A stretch of DNA of 64,000 nt from an uncultured virus (IMG/VR IMGVR_UViG_3300034071_002561) (IMGVR_UViG_3300034071_002561), one strand, 5' to 3'. Counted from the first letter of the stretch, positions 1 to 8,984 are shown. Notes: generated by a model from the letters alone, not told the origin. Numbers and translations are program-made.

Positions 1-194
1 GAAAAGTAAAATGGTTTAACGACGCCAAAGGTTTTGGATTCATTACTCCGGACGATGGTGGCGCAGACTTATTTGCTCACTTTTCACAGATTAATTCGAG
101 TGGCTTCAAGAGCCTACAAGAAGGACAGAGTGTAAGGTTTGAAGTAACTCAGGGTCAGAAAGGACAGCAGGCTAGTAATATTCAGCCCGCCTAA
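1..194 (+). CDS. csp: Cold-shock protein (5' truncated by window)
   Basis: Frame from base 3 reads [30 protein letters not shown]...[11 protein letters not shown], with RNP1/RNP2 cold-shock motifs. Confidence 0.95.
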   Translation, partial: KVKWFNDAKGFGFITPDDGGADLFAHFSQINSSGFKSLQEGQSVRFEVTQGQKGQQASNIQPA

Positions 195-199
195 GAAAT

Positions 200-262
200 T
201 GTTGTAATCCCTTCAAAGTGAAGGCATTCTGGACGCGGGTTCGACTCCCGCCAGGTCCACCA
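200..262 (+). ncRNA. ssrA: tmRNA acceptor piece of a circularly permuted (two-piece) tmRNA; 5' end approximate
   Basis: T-arm GCGGG-TTCGACT-CCCGC, then CAGGTCC-A-CCA (252-262), which pairs with GGGCCTG at 349-355 including the G3.U70 alanine determinant. Confidence 0.9.
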
Positions 263-275
263 TAAGGAGATTAGT

Positions 276-347
276 ATGGATAACGAATATAGCACATTAG
301 TTGGCTTTATTATTGTTACTGTAGTATTTGCTCTAGTCCTTTTATGA
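276..347 (+). CDS. 23-aa hydrophobic peptide in the tmRNA intervening sequence (MDNEYSTLVGFIIVTVVFALVLL)
   Basis: AAGGAG SD at 264-269, ATG at 276, TGA ending 1 nt before the coding piece; single TM-like stretch. Confidence 0.55.
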   Translation: MDNEYSTLVGFIIVTVVFALVLL

Positions 348-348
348 T

Positions 349-575
349 GGGCCTGCCATGGTTTCGACAGGGTGAGATAATAGAGACGGCAACACGGTAG
401 GCGATGACCGTAAATCAAGCAAAACTCGTAAATGCAAACGCAGATACATTCGACTTTAGCGCAATGAGCTTCACTGGTAACACCGTTCGCGGTGCTGCTA
501 ATGAAAGCAGATTTGCTCTAGCTGCCTAAAAAACAGCAGGTCCGGGGTAGGAAATACCTTGTAAACAAAACAACC
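349..575 (+). ncRNA. ssrA: tmRNA coding piece; 3' end approximate
   Basis: GGGCCTG-CCATGGTTTCGAC 5' tmRNA motif; CAGGGTG pairs with CATTCTG (224-230); tag frame 434-529 ANADTFDFSAMSFTGNTVRGAANESRFALAA*. Confidence 0.9.
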
Positions 576-604
576 AAAAAAGACTACTTCGGTAGTCTTT
601 TTTT
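576..604 (+). terminator. Rho-independent terminator
   Basis: AAAAAA-GACTAC-TTCG-GTAGTC followed by a T-tract. Confidence 0.85.
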
Positions 605-654
605 ATGATTACCTAAAATTTTTAGCTATATATTATAAGTTTAAAGGAAATATT

Positions 655-1515
655 ATGCCATCTAGGATTTTAATAATGGGATTGCCCGGCAGCGGTAAAA
701 CATATCTTGCACAGGCTCTAAAAAATTATTTAGAAACAAATGGTGATTTAATGAAAATTAATCCCCAAAAAATATCTAACTATGAAGGTATTCCGGGTCC
801 TGAGTTTTTCAAGATAGGAGTAGATTGGTTCAATGCCGACGATGTTCGTAGAAAATTCAACGATTGGGATTTTTCAAAAGAAGGTAGAATTCGCCAGAGT
901 CTGCGCATGCTCCAGTTTTCTTTAGAATGTTCGGGTGAATATGTTATCTGTGATTTTGTCGCACCATTGGTTGAAATGCGTAATAACTTTAAAGCAGATT
1001 GGACAATTTGGGTGGATACTATCCGTGAAAGCCGATATGCTGATACTAATGCAGCATTCGTTGAACCAGAAGTTTATGATTTCCGAGTTACTGAACAAAA
1101 TGCAGAAAAGTGGGCAGAATTTATCGGAGATCACATATTGACCAATCGTAGACGTCCTGCATTTGATTGGCAAAAAGAAACTGTGCAGATGTTAGGTCGC
1201 TGGCAACCTTGGCATGATGGACATCGTGCATTGTTCGAACGCTTAATAGCAAAAACCGGCCAAGTAGTCATTCAAGTTCGAGATGTGCAAGGCTGGCAAG
1301 GTAGCAATCCATTTGCTATTGAACAGGTAAAATCATTTATCAAACGTGATTTAGATCCTATATATCAAGGACAATATGAGATTCAAGTAGTTCCTAATAT
1401 TGTGCATATTGGATGGGGTCGTGGAGTAGGATATACTTCAGGTGAAGAATCATTCGACGAAACAGTAACAGATATTAGTGCTACAAAAATTCGCAAGGAT
1501 TTAGGACTTGAGTGA
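655..1515 (+). CDS. APS-kinase-like P-loop domain fused to a HIGH-type nucleotidyltransferase (cytidylyltransferase-like) domain
   Basis: GLPGSGKT Walker A and NADDVRR/DFSKEGR/VICDFVAP CysC-like motifs; C-terminal GRWQPWHDGH and SATKIR. Confidence 0.75.
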   Translation: MPSRILIMGLPGSGKTYLAQALKNYLETNGDLMKINPQKISNYEGIPGPEFFKIGVDWFNADDVRRKFNDWDFSKEGRIRQSLRMLQFSLECSGEYVICDFVAPLVEMRNNFKADWTIWVDTIRESRYADTNAAFVEPEVYDFRVTEQNAEKWAEFIGDHILTNRRRPAFDWQKETVQMLGRWQPWHDGHRALFERLIAKTGQVVIQVRDVQGWQGSNPFAIEQVKSFIKRDLDPIYQGQYEIQVVPNIVHIGWGRGVGYTSGEESFDETVTDISATKIRKDLGLE

Positions 1516-1720
1516 TACTGCTAGACGTAGTCTTGTAAAAACTATATCTTGGAGAATCACAGGATCCGGTGCGACATTTATAATTGCCTATAGCATATCG
1601 GGTAACTTTACAGTCTCCGGTATTATCGCTGCAATACAATTAGTGTGCAATACAATCCTGTACTTTATTCATGAAAGAGTTTGGAATAATATTGGTTGGG
1701 GTCGCAGCGACCTTCCTTAA
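1508..1720 (+). CDS. DUF2061-like small membrane protein
   Basis: RSLVKTISWR...YFIHERVWNNIGWG signature. Confidence 0.75.
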   Translation: MSDTARRSLVKTISWRITGSGATFIIAYSISGNFTVSGIIAAIQLVCNTILYFIHERVWNNIGWGRSDLP

Positions 1721-2457
1721 GATTTTTGATAGACAAAAAACAGTCGACCTAGTTCAGCAGGTTCACGTTTGAATTCTATCAATTTAAGATTGTAGCGTTC
1801 TGCGAACTCATTGACTATTTCAAATGTCCATGGGAATATATCAACATACGGTCCTGTTTTATGCGGAATACCCGGATTGGCTCGCAAATAGAATTTACCA
1901 TTAGGAGCCAATAAATTTACGCAGTGAGAAAACCGTTTTTCTATGTCATCTTTGCTGTTGAAATTAATCGATCCTAATGCTATTATGTGATCGTGTGTCT
2001 CAGGTCGAACTTTGTAGTCTAGAATATCGACTTCATAATCTGCGCAGTTATTATACGGATCAATGCCAATTAGGTTAGGAATACGTCCTTTAAACGGATG
2101 ATAACCGCAACCCACGTCTAGCACATTTTTAGGATTCTGTTTGGCAATTTCTTCTGCTAATGCCCAACCTGAATGATCGTATTCTCCTGTACGAGGTTTC
2201 CAAATTTCTGAGAAAAATCGTTTTATATAACGTTCGCTGAGGTCTTCTACTATACGTGCTAATGTGCCACGATATTCACAAGGTAACCCTAGTTCAGCTT
2301 CTACAGTATCTTTGAACTTTCGGTATCGTACCGGAGTCCAAGGTAGATCCTCAACTATGGTATCTGGGCCAATGCTGTCTCGCACAGAGCTGTATTTGGG
2401 CAAGGCAAAAGCAGTGTCCAAATTTTTCTTAATTAGTGCAAAAATTTTAGTATTCAT
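1717..2457 (-). CDS. Class I SAM-dependent methyltransferase
   Basis: VLDVGCG motif I, IGIDP, LAPNGKF. Confidence 0.75.
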   Translation of the reverse strand: MNTKIFALIKKNLDTAFALPKYSSVRDSIGPDTIVEDLPWTPVRYRKFKDTVEAELGLPCEYRGTLARIVEDLSERYIKRFFSEIWKPRTGEYDHSGWALAEEIAKQNPKNVLDVGCGYHPFKGRIPNLIGIDPYNNCADYEVDILDYKVRPETHDHIIALGSINFNSKDDIEKRFSHCVNLLAPNGKFYLRANPGIPHKTGPYVDIFPWTFEIVNEFAERYNLKLIEFKREPAELGRLFFVYQKS

Positions 2458-2544
2458 TAGAAATTTTCCGAGATTGATAAATAAATTTACAAAAATAGCA
2501 AAAATTTTTGCTATGTCTACAAATATTTATACAAAGGAACATTT

Positions 2545-3516
2545 ATGAAAAAATTATTGCTGGCCTTATTGATTATGCCCACCTTGGCCTGGGCACAATG
2601 GACACCTAACAAGTCCATAACCACCACCATTGGATTTGCTTCTGGAAGTGGTAATGAAATCAGCTTCCGCAAGGCCAGCGATATAGTTGCACGACAAAAT
2701 CCTGGCATCACGTTCATTGTGGAAACACGACCTGGTGCTGATGCTACTATAGCCAGCAATGGTTTCATGACAGCGCCCAGCGATGGCTTGCATCTCCTGG
2801 TGCCCAGTCATATGAGTCTATTTGTAACCAATGATATCTGGCAGCGAGACGCAAAGAAATTTGAATACAACAGCTTCAAGCCTGCTGTGACTTTGGGTAA
2901 AAGTCCCTTGGTATTAGTAGCATCTAGTAAAAGCTCAGTTAACACACCACAAGAGTTTGTGAAATATATCACCAATGGGAGTCCTATTAACATTGCTGTA
3001 GGTGGCGGCGCACATAGAATGGCCTATGAATACATCATACACCGCACCAAGGCAGATCCTCGGCAGATACAAAGCGTGGCCTTCAATGGCCCATTGCCGG
3101 CTGTGATTAGTGTGGCCAGTTATGATGGCAAATCCGGCACAGAATTTGGCATCATGCCCGTTGCCATTGCCAAACCCTTGATCGAAGCTGGCAAAGTCAA
3201 GCCCATTGGTCTCACTGGTGGTCCCAAACTAAAAGCATTACCAAATGTACCATTGCTCAGCGATATAATTCCAGGACTCAAAGTTTATGCTGGCTGGATA
3301 GTTGTATTACCACCACAAACCCCAAACACCATTGTGGACTGGTATGTGGACAAGTTCAGTAAAGCAATACTAAGCAAAGAATATCAAGACTGGGCAGAAC
3401 AGAACTATATAATTATAGATCGAGATGAACTTAACCCACGTGGTGTCATGGCCTACGCCGAAGAATTGCGTACAGCCTTTGCACCTATAGCTAAAAACAT
3501 CAAAATAGAGAAATAA
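2545..3516 (+). CDS. Bug/TctC tripartite tricarboxylate transporter substrate-binding protein
   Basis: Signal peptide; GFASGSGNE, VETRPGADATIA, PSDG, GKVKPIG, PPQTP motifs. Confidence 0.85.
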   Translation: MKKLLLALLIMPTLAWAQWTPNKSITTTIGFASGSGNEISFRKASDIVARQNPGITFIVETRPGADATIASNGFMTAPSDGLHLLVPSHMSLFVTNDIWQRDAKKFEYNSFKPAVTLGKSPLVLVASSKSSVNTPQEFVKYITNGSPINIAVGGGAHRMAYEYIIHRTKADPRQIQSVAFNGPLPAVISVASYDGKSGTEFGIMPVAIAKPLIEAGKVKPIGLTGGPKLKALPNVPLLSDIIPGLKVYAGWIVVLPPQTPNTIVDWYVDKFSKAILSKEYQDWAEQNYIIIDRDELNPRGVMAYAEELRTAFAPIAKNIKIEK

Positions 3517-4137
3517 TTGAAATATATTTTCGTAGCCGGAGCACCGGGTTCCAAGTGGAGCTCGGTAGTTAAAAACATTTATTATAGTTCTGACATTGAT
3601 AGATCCGATGACAGCTCCCAACGAAGCTACGCCCATCCAGGAGCCTATGCTGGTCAGCCCATGCATCTGGGCAGCTATTTTGATCCTGGCATGGAATTTG
3701 GTTCGTGGTTTGATCGGTTGGATCACTACACCAAAGATCAATGCGAAGACGAATTTGATCGCCCTTTCAGTGGTACAGGCGTACGAATAATCAAAAGTCA
3801 CATGTTCACTTATCACATAGGATTTTTAAAACAGACCTGGCCAGATTCGCCGATTATATTGGTGCATCGTGGAGATGACGCTTGTCTGGGTTGGTGGGTG
3901 CGCTGTGGCGGATTTAACATCACCTATCCAGATTACAATAGATATTATCGAGATTTCAATCACATGGCCGACCAAATTACTCAACAAAACAAAGGTTTAG
4001 TGCAGGCATGGCACAGTTACAGTGGAATTGAGCCACAAACAAATAGATTGTTGGCCAGTCTTTTGAAAATTAAATGCCCTCCGATTGAATACATACAGGA
4101 TTACTCAGCGAACGACATAGCAGTGAAAGTAATATGA
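3517..4137 (+). CDS. Sulfotransferase-like / P-loop protein
   Basis: TTG start; IFVAGAPGSKWS, IIKSH and IILVHR resemble sulfotransferase PSB motifs. Confidence 0.45.
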   Translation: MKYIFVAGAPGSKWSSVVKNIYYSSDIDRSDDSSQRSYAHPGAYAGQPMHLGSYFDPGMEFGSWFDRLDHYTKDQCEDEFDRPFSGTGVRIIKSHMFTYHIGFLKQTWPDSPIILVHRGDDACLGWWVRCGGFNITYPDYNRYYRDFNHMADQITQQNKGLVQAWHSYSGIEPQTNRLLASLLKIKCPPIEYIQDYSANDIAVKVI

Positions 4138-4156
4138 AATCTAACGCAAATATGCA

Positions 4157-4178
4157 GAAGGACCTAAGGTCCTTTTTT
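4157..4178 (+). terminator. Probable terminator
   Basis: GAAGGACC-TAA-GGTCCTTT followed by T-tract. Confidence 0.6.
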
Positions 4179-4181
4179 GAT

Positions 4182-4259
4182 ATTGAAAAAATCTATTGAC
4201 CCTATAAAAAAATATTTAGACAAAACCTATTGATTTTGTAGATCAATAGGATATATAAT
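4182..4259 (+). promoter_or_regulatory. ahpC promoter with putative OxyR (LysR-type) boxes
   Basis: ATTG-N7-CTAT (4182-4196), TTAG-N7-CTAT (4216-4230), TTGATT 4230-4235, TATAAT 4254-4259. Confidence 0.45.
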
Positions 4260-4313
4260 GTACGTATACAATAACAGATTGTTATTAGTTTTCAACACAC
4301 ACAAGGAGAAGAT

Positions 4314-4853
4314 ATGAAAACAGTTGGTGATAAATTAGCCCCATTCGCAGTAACAGGTGTTCGCCCAGGACAACCAGAAGACGCATTCTATACAATTACA
4401 GATCAAAGTTTTGAAGGCAAGTGGAAAGTAATTGTCTACTATCCAAAAGATTTTACATTCGTATGCCCTACAGAAATTGTAGCCTACGACAAACTAGCAG
4501 GTGACTTTGCCGACCGTGATGCAGTATTGCTAACAGGCAGCACAGACAACGAGTTCTGCAAAGTTAGCTGGCAGAACGCCCATGCTGATCTAAAGAAAAT
4601 CACACACAATCAATTCGCTGACACCCAACGTGGTGAAATGAGTTTGATCGAGCAGTTGGGCGTATTCTATGCTCCGGCAGGTGCAGCCCTTCGTGCTACA
4701 TTCATCGTTGACCCAGACAACGTTATTCAACACGTGACAGTTAACAACTTGAACGTTGGCCGTAGCCCAGAAGAGACACTTCGTGTATTAGATGCGCTAC
4801 AAACTGGCGAACTATGTGCTTGCAATCGTACAGTCGGCGGCGAGACATTGTAA
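4314..4853 (+). CDS. ahpC: Peroxiredoxin AhpC
   Basis: YYPKDFTFVCPTE, LRATFIVDP, GRSPEETLRVLDALQTGELC. Confidence 0.95.
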   Translation: MKTVGDKLAPFAVTGVRPGQPEDAFYTITDQSFEGKWKVIVYYPKDFTFVCPTEIVAYDKLAGDFADRDAVLLTGSTDNEFCKVSWQNAHADLKKITHNQFADTQRGEMSLIEQLGVFYAPAGAALRATFIVDPDNVIQHVTVNNLNVGRSPEETLRVLDALQTGELCACNRTVGGETL

Positions 4854-5266
4854 TGTTAGACTGCCTAATAGTAGGAGATAGCATAGCAGTAGGTACCGCC
4901 ATGGCTCGTCCAGAATGTGTCGCTTACGCAAAAGGTGGTTGGAACTCGTGGCAATGGAACAAGGACTACTTGGCCAAAGCCTCTGCTCAACCTGCTCGAA
5001 CTATAATCATTAGTCTTGGCGCCAATGACCACAAAGGTGTCAAGACAGAGGCGGAACTTCGTAAAATGCGACAAGCCATTAAAGGTGATCGAGTATTTTG
5101 GATTGACCCTGGACAAGATCGTAAACCCGTTCCACACGATGCAATCGTTCGCATTGCCAAGGAATACGGCGATACAATATTGCCTAGGCCAAAGAATCAT
5201 ATGAGTGCCGACGGCGTTCATCCTACAGGCCGTGGTTATAAGATTTTAGGAGAACAGACACGATGA
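4853..5266 (+). CDS. SGNH/GDSL hydrolase
   Basis: GDSI block I, SLGAND block III, DGVHP block V; start overlaps ahpC stop (TAATG). Confidence 0.85.
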   Translation: MLDCLIVGDSIAVGTAMARPECVAYAKGGWNSWQWNKDYLAKASAQPARTIIISLGANDHKGVKTEAELRKMRQAIKGDRVFWIDPGQDRKPVPHDAIVRIAKEYGDTILPRPKNHMSADGVHPTGRGYKILGEQTR

Positions 5267-5769
5267 GTTTTATTGACACAGTAAAAGGCGCATTACCAGA
5301 TTACGCAAAGGACACTAAGTTAAATCTTGATGCTGTACTAGTACGTAGTACACTAGATGCTGATGTTGCCTTGGGATGTGCTGTAGCTGCATTAGCCGCA
5401 ACTGGCAACGGAAAGATACTATCAGTAATTTTAGCAGATGCTCCAGTACATGCCGAGTCAGCAATGACTGCCGCAAGTATTATGGCACAGAACAATGTGT
5501 GGTATCCATTCGTTGAAATGGCTGACGATCCTAGTCTTAAGGGCTTGCCAGCGCAACTGCGTATGAATGCTATTGCTAGCCACGGTGGAACTACCAAGGC
5601 AAACTTTGAAGCATTTAGTCTTGCCGCAAGTATTGTTGGCAAGTGTCATTTCTGTGTTAAAGCACATTACGAAACATTGAAGCAAGAAGGTTATACTGTA
5701 GAGAACCTACGTGATATTGGCCGCATTGCCGCAGTTATGAATTCAGTAGCCAAAGTATTGAATAGTTAA
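5263..5769 (+). CDS. ahpD: Alkyl hydroperoxide reductase AhpD
   Basis: LPDYAKDTKLNL, LRMNAI, GKCHFCVKAH (CxxC). Confidence 0.93.
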   Translation: MSFIDTVKGALPDYAKDTKLNLDAVLVRSTLDADVALGCAVAALAATGNGKILSVILADAPVHAESAMTAASIMAQNNVWYPFVEMADDPSLKGLPAQLRMNAIASHGGTTKANFEAFSLAASIVGKCHFCVKAHYETLKQEGYTVENLRDIGRIAAVMNSVAKVLNS

Positions 5770-5786
5770 TTTAGTTGCAACAATAG

Positions 5787-5814
5787 ATAAACCCGCTCCG
5801 GCGGGTTTATTTTT
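5787..5814 (+). terminator. Rho-independent terminator
   Basis: ATAAACCCGC-TCCG-GCGGGTTTAT followed by TTTT. Confidence 0.85.
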
Positions 5815-5917
5815 GGTAATATTTCTAAATTATTGTGTCGAAGTTGTGCGTACACGCACATGTTCTGTTTGATAGTTCACGTATAATTGTAGGATCATAT
5901 CATTAAAAGGAAAACGT

Positions 5918-6814
5918 ATGACAACAACAATCACAATTAAAGACAAACCAATTAACGCAACCTATCAAAATGTTACAGGCCTAACAGGCGGTTCAGGAGA
6001 CGGTGCCACATTTGATGTTACAAAAACCAACGGAACATATTCTGTTGTTCTTGACTCATTAGTAGCCAGCGCAGGCACAGGTTATGTTGCAGGCGATACA
6101 ATTACCCTTGCCGGTACGGCACTAGGCGGAACAACAGCTAACAATCTAATAGTCACTGTTGCCACAGTTGGCGCCGCTGGTAAAGTTGCTACCTTTGGTG
6201 TAGTAGGTACAGGCCGTGTTGGCGATGGAACAGTAGACGTTCAAGTTGATGTTACTGGTACTACCGGAATTGATACCTACACATTCGGAGGCGCAAGCTC
6301 AGAATTCACAGTTGCTAAAGCTGCCGATGAGATCACAGCCACTAGCACACTAGCTACTAATGTTTCATATACACTAGCAGACCATGAACGTGTAGTGTTT
6401 ACGGATAAAGCTATTGCGTTTGATGCCGCAGGTCGTGCTGGCGATGTCTATGCTTTGTTAGCAGCCGCATTAGGTACCACTGATGTTACCAAAGCCTATA
6501 CAGGTGTCGGTATCCATCTTGCTGACGCAGGTTGGGCAAACAAACAATTAGCCGAAGCATTGTTAGCTACAGATGTTTATAAAACAGACGCAGGTGGTGT
6601 TAGTAATGAAACATTTATCAAACACGTTTACAAAAATGTCTTTGGTACTGATGCTACATTGCTACAGGTCGCCGAATACACCAATTGGATGACTGCTAGT
6701 AATCTAACTCAAGCTGATGTTTTAGTTGCCGCTAGCGAGCTGACAGCATTTGAAACTACAATTGGATTGGTAGGGTTAGCAACAACTGGTATTGAGTATA
6801 CTCCTGTAATCTAA
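5918..6814 (+). CDS. Thr/Gly-rich surface-type protein with C-terminal DUF4214-like region
   Basis: GTGYVAGDTITLAG repeat-like region; ERVVFTDKAIAFD and SNETFIKHVYKNVFG motifs. Confidence 0.6.
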   Translation: MTTTITIKDKPINATYQNVTGLTGGSGDGATFDVTKTNGTYSVVLDSLVASAGTGYVAGDTITLAGTALGGTTANNLIVTVATVGAAGKVATFGVVGTGRVGDGTVDVQVDVTGTTGIDTYTFGGASSEFTVAKAADEITATSTLATNVSYTLADHERVVFTDKAIAFDAAGRAGDVYALLAAALGTTDVTKAYTGVGIHLADAGWANKQLAEALLATDVYKTDAGGVSNETFIKHVYKNVFGTDATLLQVAEYTNWMTASNLTQADVLVAASELTAFETTIGLVGLATTGIEYTPVI

Positions 6815-6821
6815 TTTGAAC

Positions 6822-6850
6822 TTGACAACTTCCAAACCTTCTGTTATACT
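6822..6850 (+). promoter_or_regulatory. sigma70-type promoter
   Basis: TTGACA-N17-TATACT. Confidence 0.8.
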
Positions 6851-6883
6851 AGTTGTATAGTTTAACAAGTTTGGAGGTTTCTT

Positions 6884-7279
6884 TTGAGTATGCACTTAGA
6901 AGGTCCGTGGCTTTCAACCACAGGCAAGCGTAAAGGCAAGAAGAAATTCGCCTCGGCTGAACATGCTAGAAAGGCTAGAGAATTGGACGAATCGTGGAAA
7001 GAACTACAGAAGCGTTGGGCCGTCGAGGCTGAAGATAAAAAACGTAGATCTGGATTGGCTGCGGCTCCCCTTAAGGGATCTTACAGCCTTACCATTCCCG
7101 AAGGTAGAAACACTACTGCACACATTAAAAGTGTCGACACTGGCGGTAACGCCCTGTTGAAGCCCAGTCCTGTTTATACCGGAACCAAAGTTAAAGGAAT
7201 CGCTACAATGCACAAGAGCAATGCTGTGCCTGTGTTTTCAGATGAAGAAGCACAAGATATCTCCAAAATGCGTCGATAA
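6884..7279 (+). CDS. Hypothetical phage protein
   Basis: GGAGG SD; C-terminal GIATMHKSNAVPVF motif recalled from T4-like phages. Confidence 0.7.
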   Translation: MSMHLEGPWLSTTGKRKGKKKFASAEHARKARELDESWKELQKRWAVEAEDKKRRSGLAAAPLKGSYSLTIPEGRNTTAHIKSVDTGGNALLKPSPVYTGTKVKGIATMHKSNAVPVFSDEEAQDISKMRR

Positions 7280-7570
7280 TCACCAGTATAAGACTATGAA
7301 TCCAAAATATCGACTATATATTAAACGTTTCGCAAAGAAACTGAGATAGTAGAACCAAAGTATGTCAAAAGCTGAAACGGTTCCGCGGGTCTTGGCCAAT
7401 GAGAAACCCGTATTTTCGGGATGCCAAGGGTCGCCAAAGGCACACAATGTTATGAGCTTGTGCGTCCAATGGAGACAACTACACGAAAGTAGGGTTCTTT
7501 CAGAGCCTCGTGAAGTTAACTCCCTTAATGTATTGTGCAAAACATCGCACACTAAATGAAAGGAGGACTT

Positions 7571-8125
7571 ATGGAAAAGTCAATTCGTATTATATCCTAC
7601 ATCGTAGGATTTATTCTAGTAGTCGTGCTGGTTCAAACTTTAACCGCTACTAAATTTTTAGGTCTCAAAGAGAAAAATGGATATTATAGTCAAGATGTGA
7701 TATCTATCAAAACTCGAGAGCAACAGTTAGATTGTTTAGCCATTAACATTTATCGCGAAGCAGGTTATGAGCCGTTCGAAGGTAAGGTAGCAGTGGCTCA
7801 GGTCACACTGAACCGTGTACAAGCCGGCGTATTTGGTAAGGATGTCTGCGGAGTTGTGTACCAAAAAAATGTTGTTATGGAAAAAGTTGTATGCCAGTTC
7901 TCATGGTACTGCGACTCTACACATAAAAATCGTCCCATAAACAAGGAAGCCTACAATGAAAGCTATGAAGTCGCTAAGAAAGTTCTTTTGGAAGGATTTA
8001 GATTGTCTGTTCTCAAAGATGCTTTGTATTATCATGCCACCTACGTTAACCCAAGATGGAATTTACCAAAAATTGGACAAATAGGTCAACACGTTTTTTA
8101 TCGAGCAAAGGAATCTAAAATATGA
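7571..8125 (+). CDS. Cell wall hydrolase (Hydrolase_2/SleB-like)
   Basis: CLAINIYREAGYEP, VAVAQVTLNRV, CQFSW, YYHATYVNPRW, IGQHVFY; AGGAGG SD. Confidence 0.9.
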   Translation: MEKSIRIISYIVGFILVVVLVQTLTATKFLGLKEKNGYYSQDVISIKTREQQLDCLAINIYREAGYEPFEGKVAVAQVTLNRVQAGVFGKDVCGVVYQKNVVMEKVVCQFSWYCDSTHKNRPINKEAYNESYEVAKKVLLEGFRLSVLKDALYYHATYVNPRWNLPKIGQIGQHVFYRAKESKI

Positions 8126-8424
8126 TGACAAATATCAATCAACTGAAAGAATTTATCCAAACTAAAATTTCTGTGATTTCGGCAGAAACATTTGGATGGT
8201 TAGCAGTAATAGTATTGCATGCATCAACAATACCCAGTCTACTGGCAGTGATGGCAGGACTAACAGACAGATTACCGGGTGTAGATTTGGTGCTGTTGGT
8301 TTGGACAGGATTAACCTTGTTGTTTGTCAAAGCCACTATCCAGAAAGACATGTTAAACATCGTCACAATTGGGTTTGGATTCATTATTCAAGCAGTGTTA
8401 ATGGCATTGATCTTCTTCAAGTAA
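8122..8424 (+). CDS. Membrane protein (3 TM; holin-like candidate)
   Basis: Three hydrophobic segments; translationally coupled to the hydrolase. Confidence 0.55.
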   Translation: MMTNINQLKEFIQTKISVISAETFGWLAVIVLHASTIPSLLAVMAGLTDRLPGVDLVLLVWTGLTLLFVKATIQKDMLNIVTIGFGFIIQAVLMALIFFK

Positions 8425-8504
8425 TTTGGTAAACACCGTGGTTGACTTTGATCGGCCACGGTGCTATACTTGTACTGTATTAATTCACACACAGAAAGGT
8501 TTTT

Positions 8505-8984
8505 ATGAAAAAGGCACTAGCAGTTGGTTTGATGGCAGCAGCCATTTCTGGTTGTTCGTCAATGAAGAGTATTGACGATCGTAAAACTTATGCACAGCCA
8601 GACTGGTATCAAGAATGCCAGCAAGCAGGTGTTAAGGGTTGGTTTTGGTGGAAGAAAGAGTTTGCCTACGCCTGTGGTGGGGGCGAAAGCATTCATGCAC
8701 AGGCCGCAGAAGAACAGATGTATGCTATTGCAATGAATAATTTTGCAAAACGCATCAATTCAGAAGTCAACAGCGAAACCAAGATTGATTTTGTCAATGA
8801 TAAGAAGAACACAAAAACTTCTATCTCGTATGTGGTCAAGAGCACTACTATTCGCGAACATTTGAAAACTGAGACTGCACATTTTACCATGCAAGGTCGT
8901 CACTATACCTTTGTGCGTCTTGAAATGCCAAAGCCTGTGTTCGATCAGTTGATCGCTGAAGCTAAACAAGCCAAGGCACAGTGA
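8505..8984 (+). CDS. Lipoprotein (LPP20-like)
   Basis: Lipobox ISGC; QPDWY; promoter TTGACT-N17-TATACT at 8442-8470. Confidence 0.7.
   Translation: MKKALAVGLMAAAISGCSSMKSIDDRKTYAQPDWYQECQQAGVKGWFWWKKEFAYACGGGESIHAQAAEEQMYAIAMNNFAKRINSEVNSETKIDFVNDKKNTKTSISYVVKSTTIREHLKTETAHFTMQGRHYTFVRLEMPKPVFDQLIAEAKQAKAQ

Noticed and set aside
191..418. 75-aa minus-strand ORF in the track
   Set aside because: It is the antisense of the tmRNA pieces; the WWTWRESNP stretch is the reverse of the T-arm
7368..7525. Assignment as a c-di-AMP (ydaO) riboswitch
   Set aside because: Only fragments (GCTGAA, GTAGGG, TAACTCC) resemble the consensus and the likely host group is not known for c-di-AMP; kept only as an unidentified structured leader
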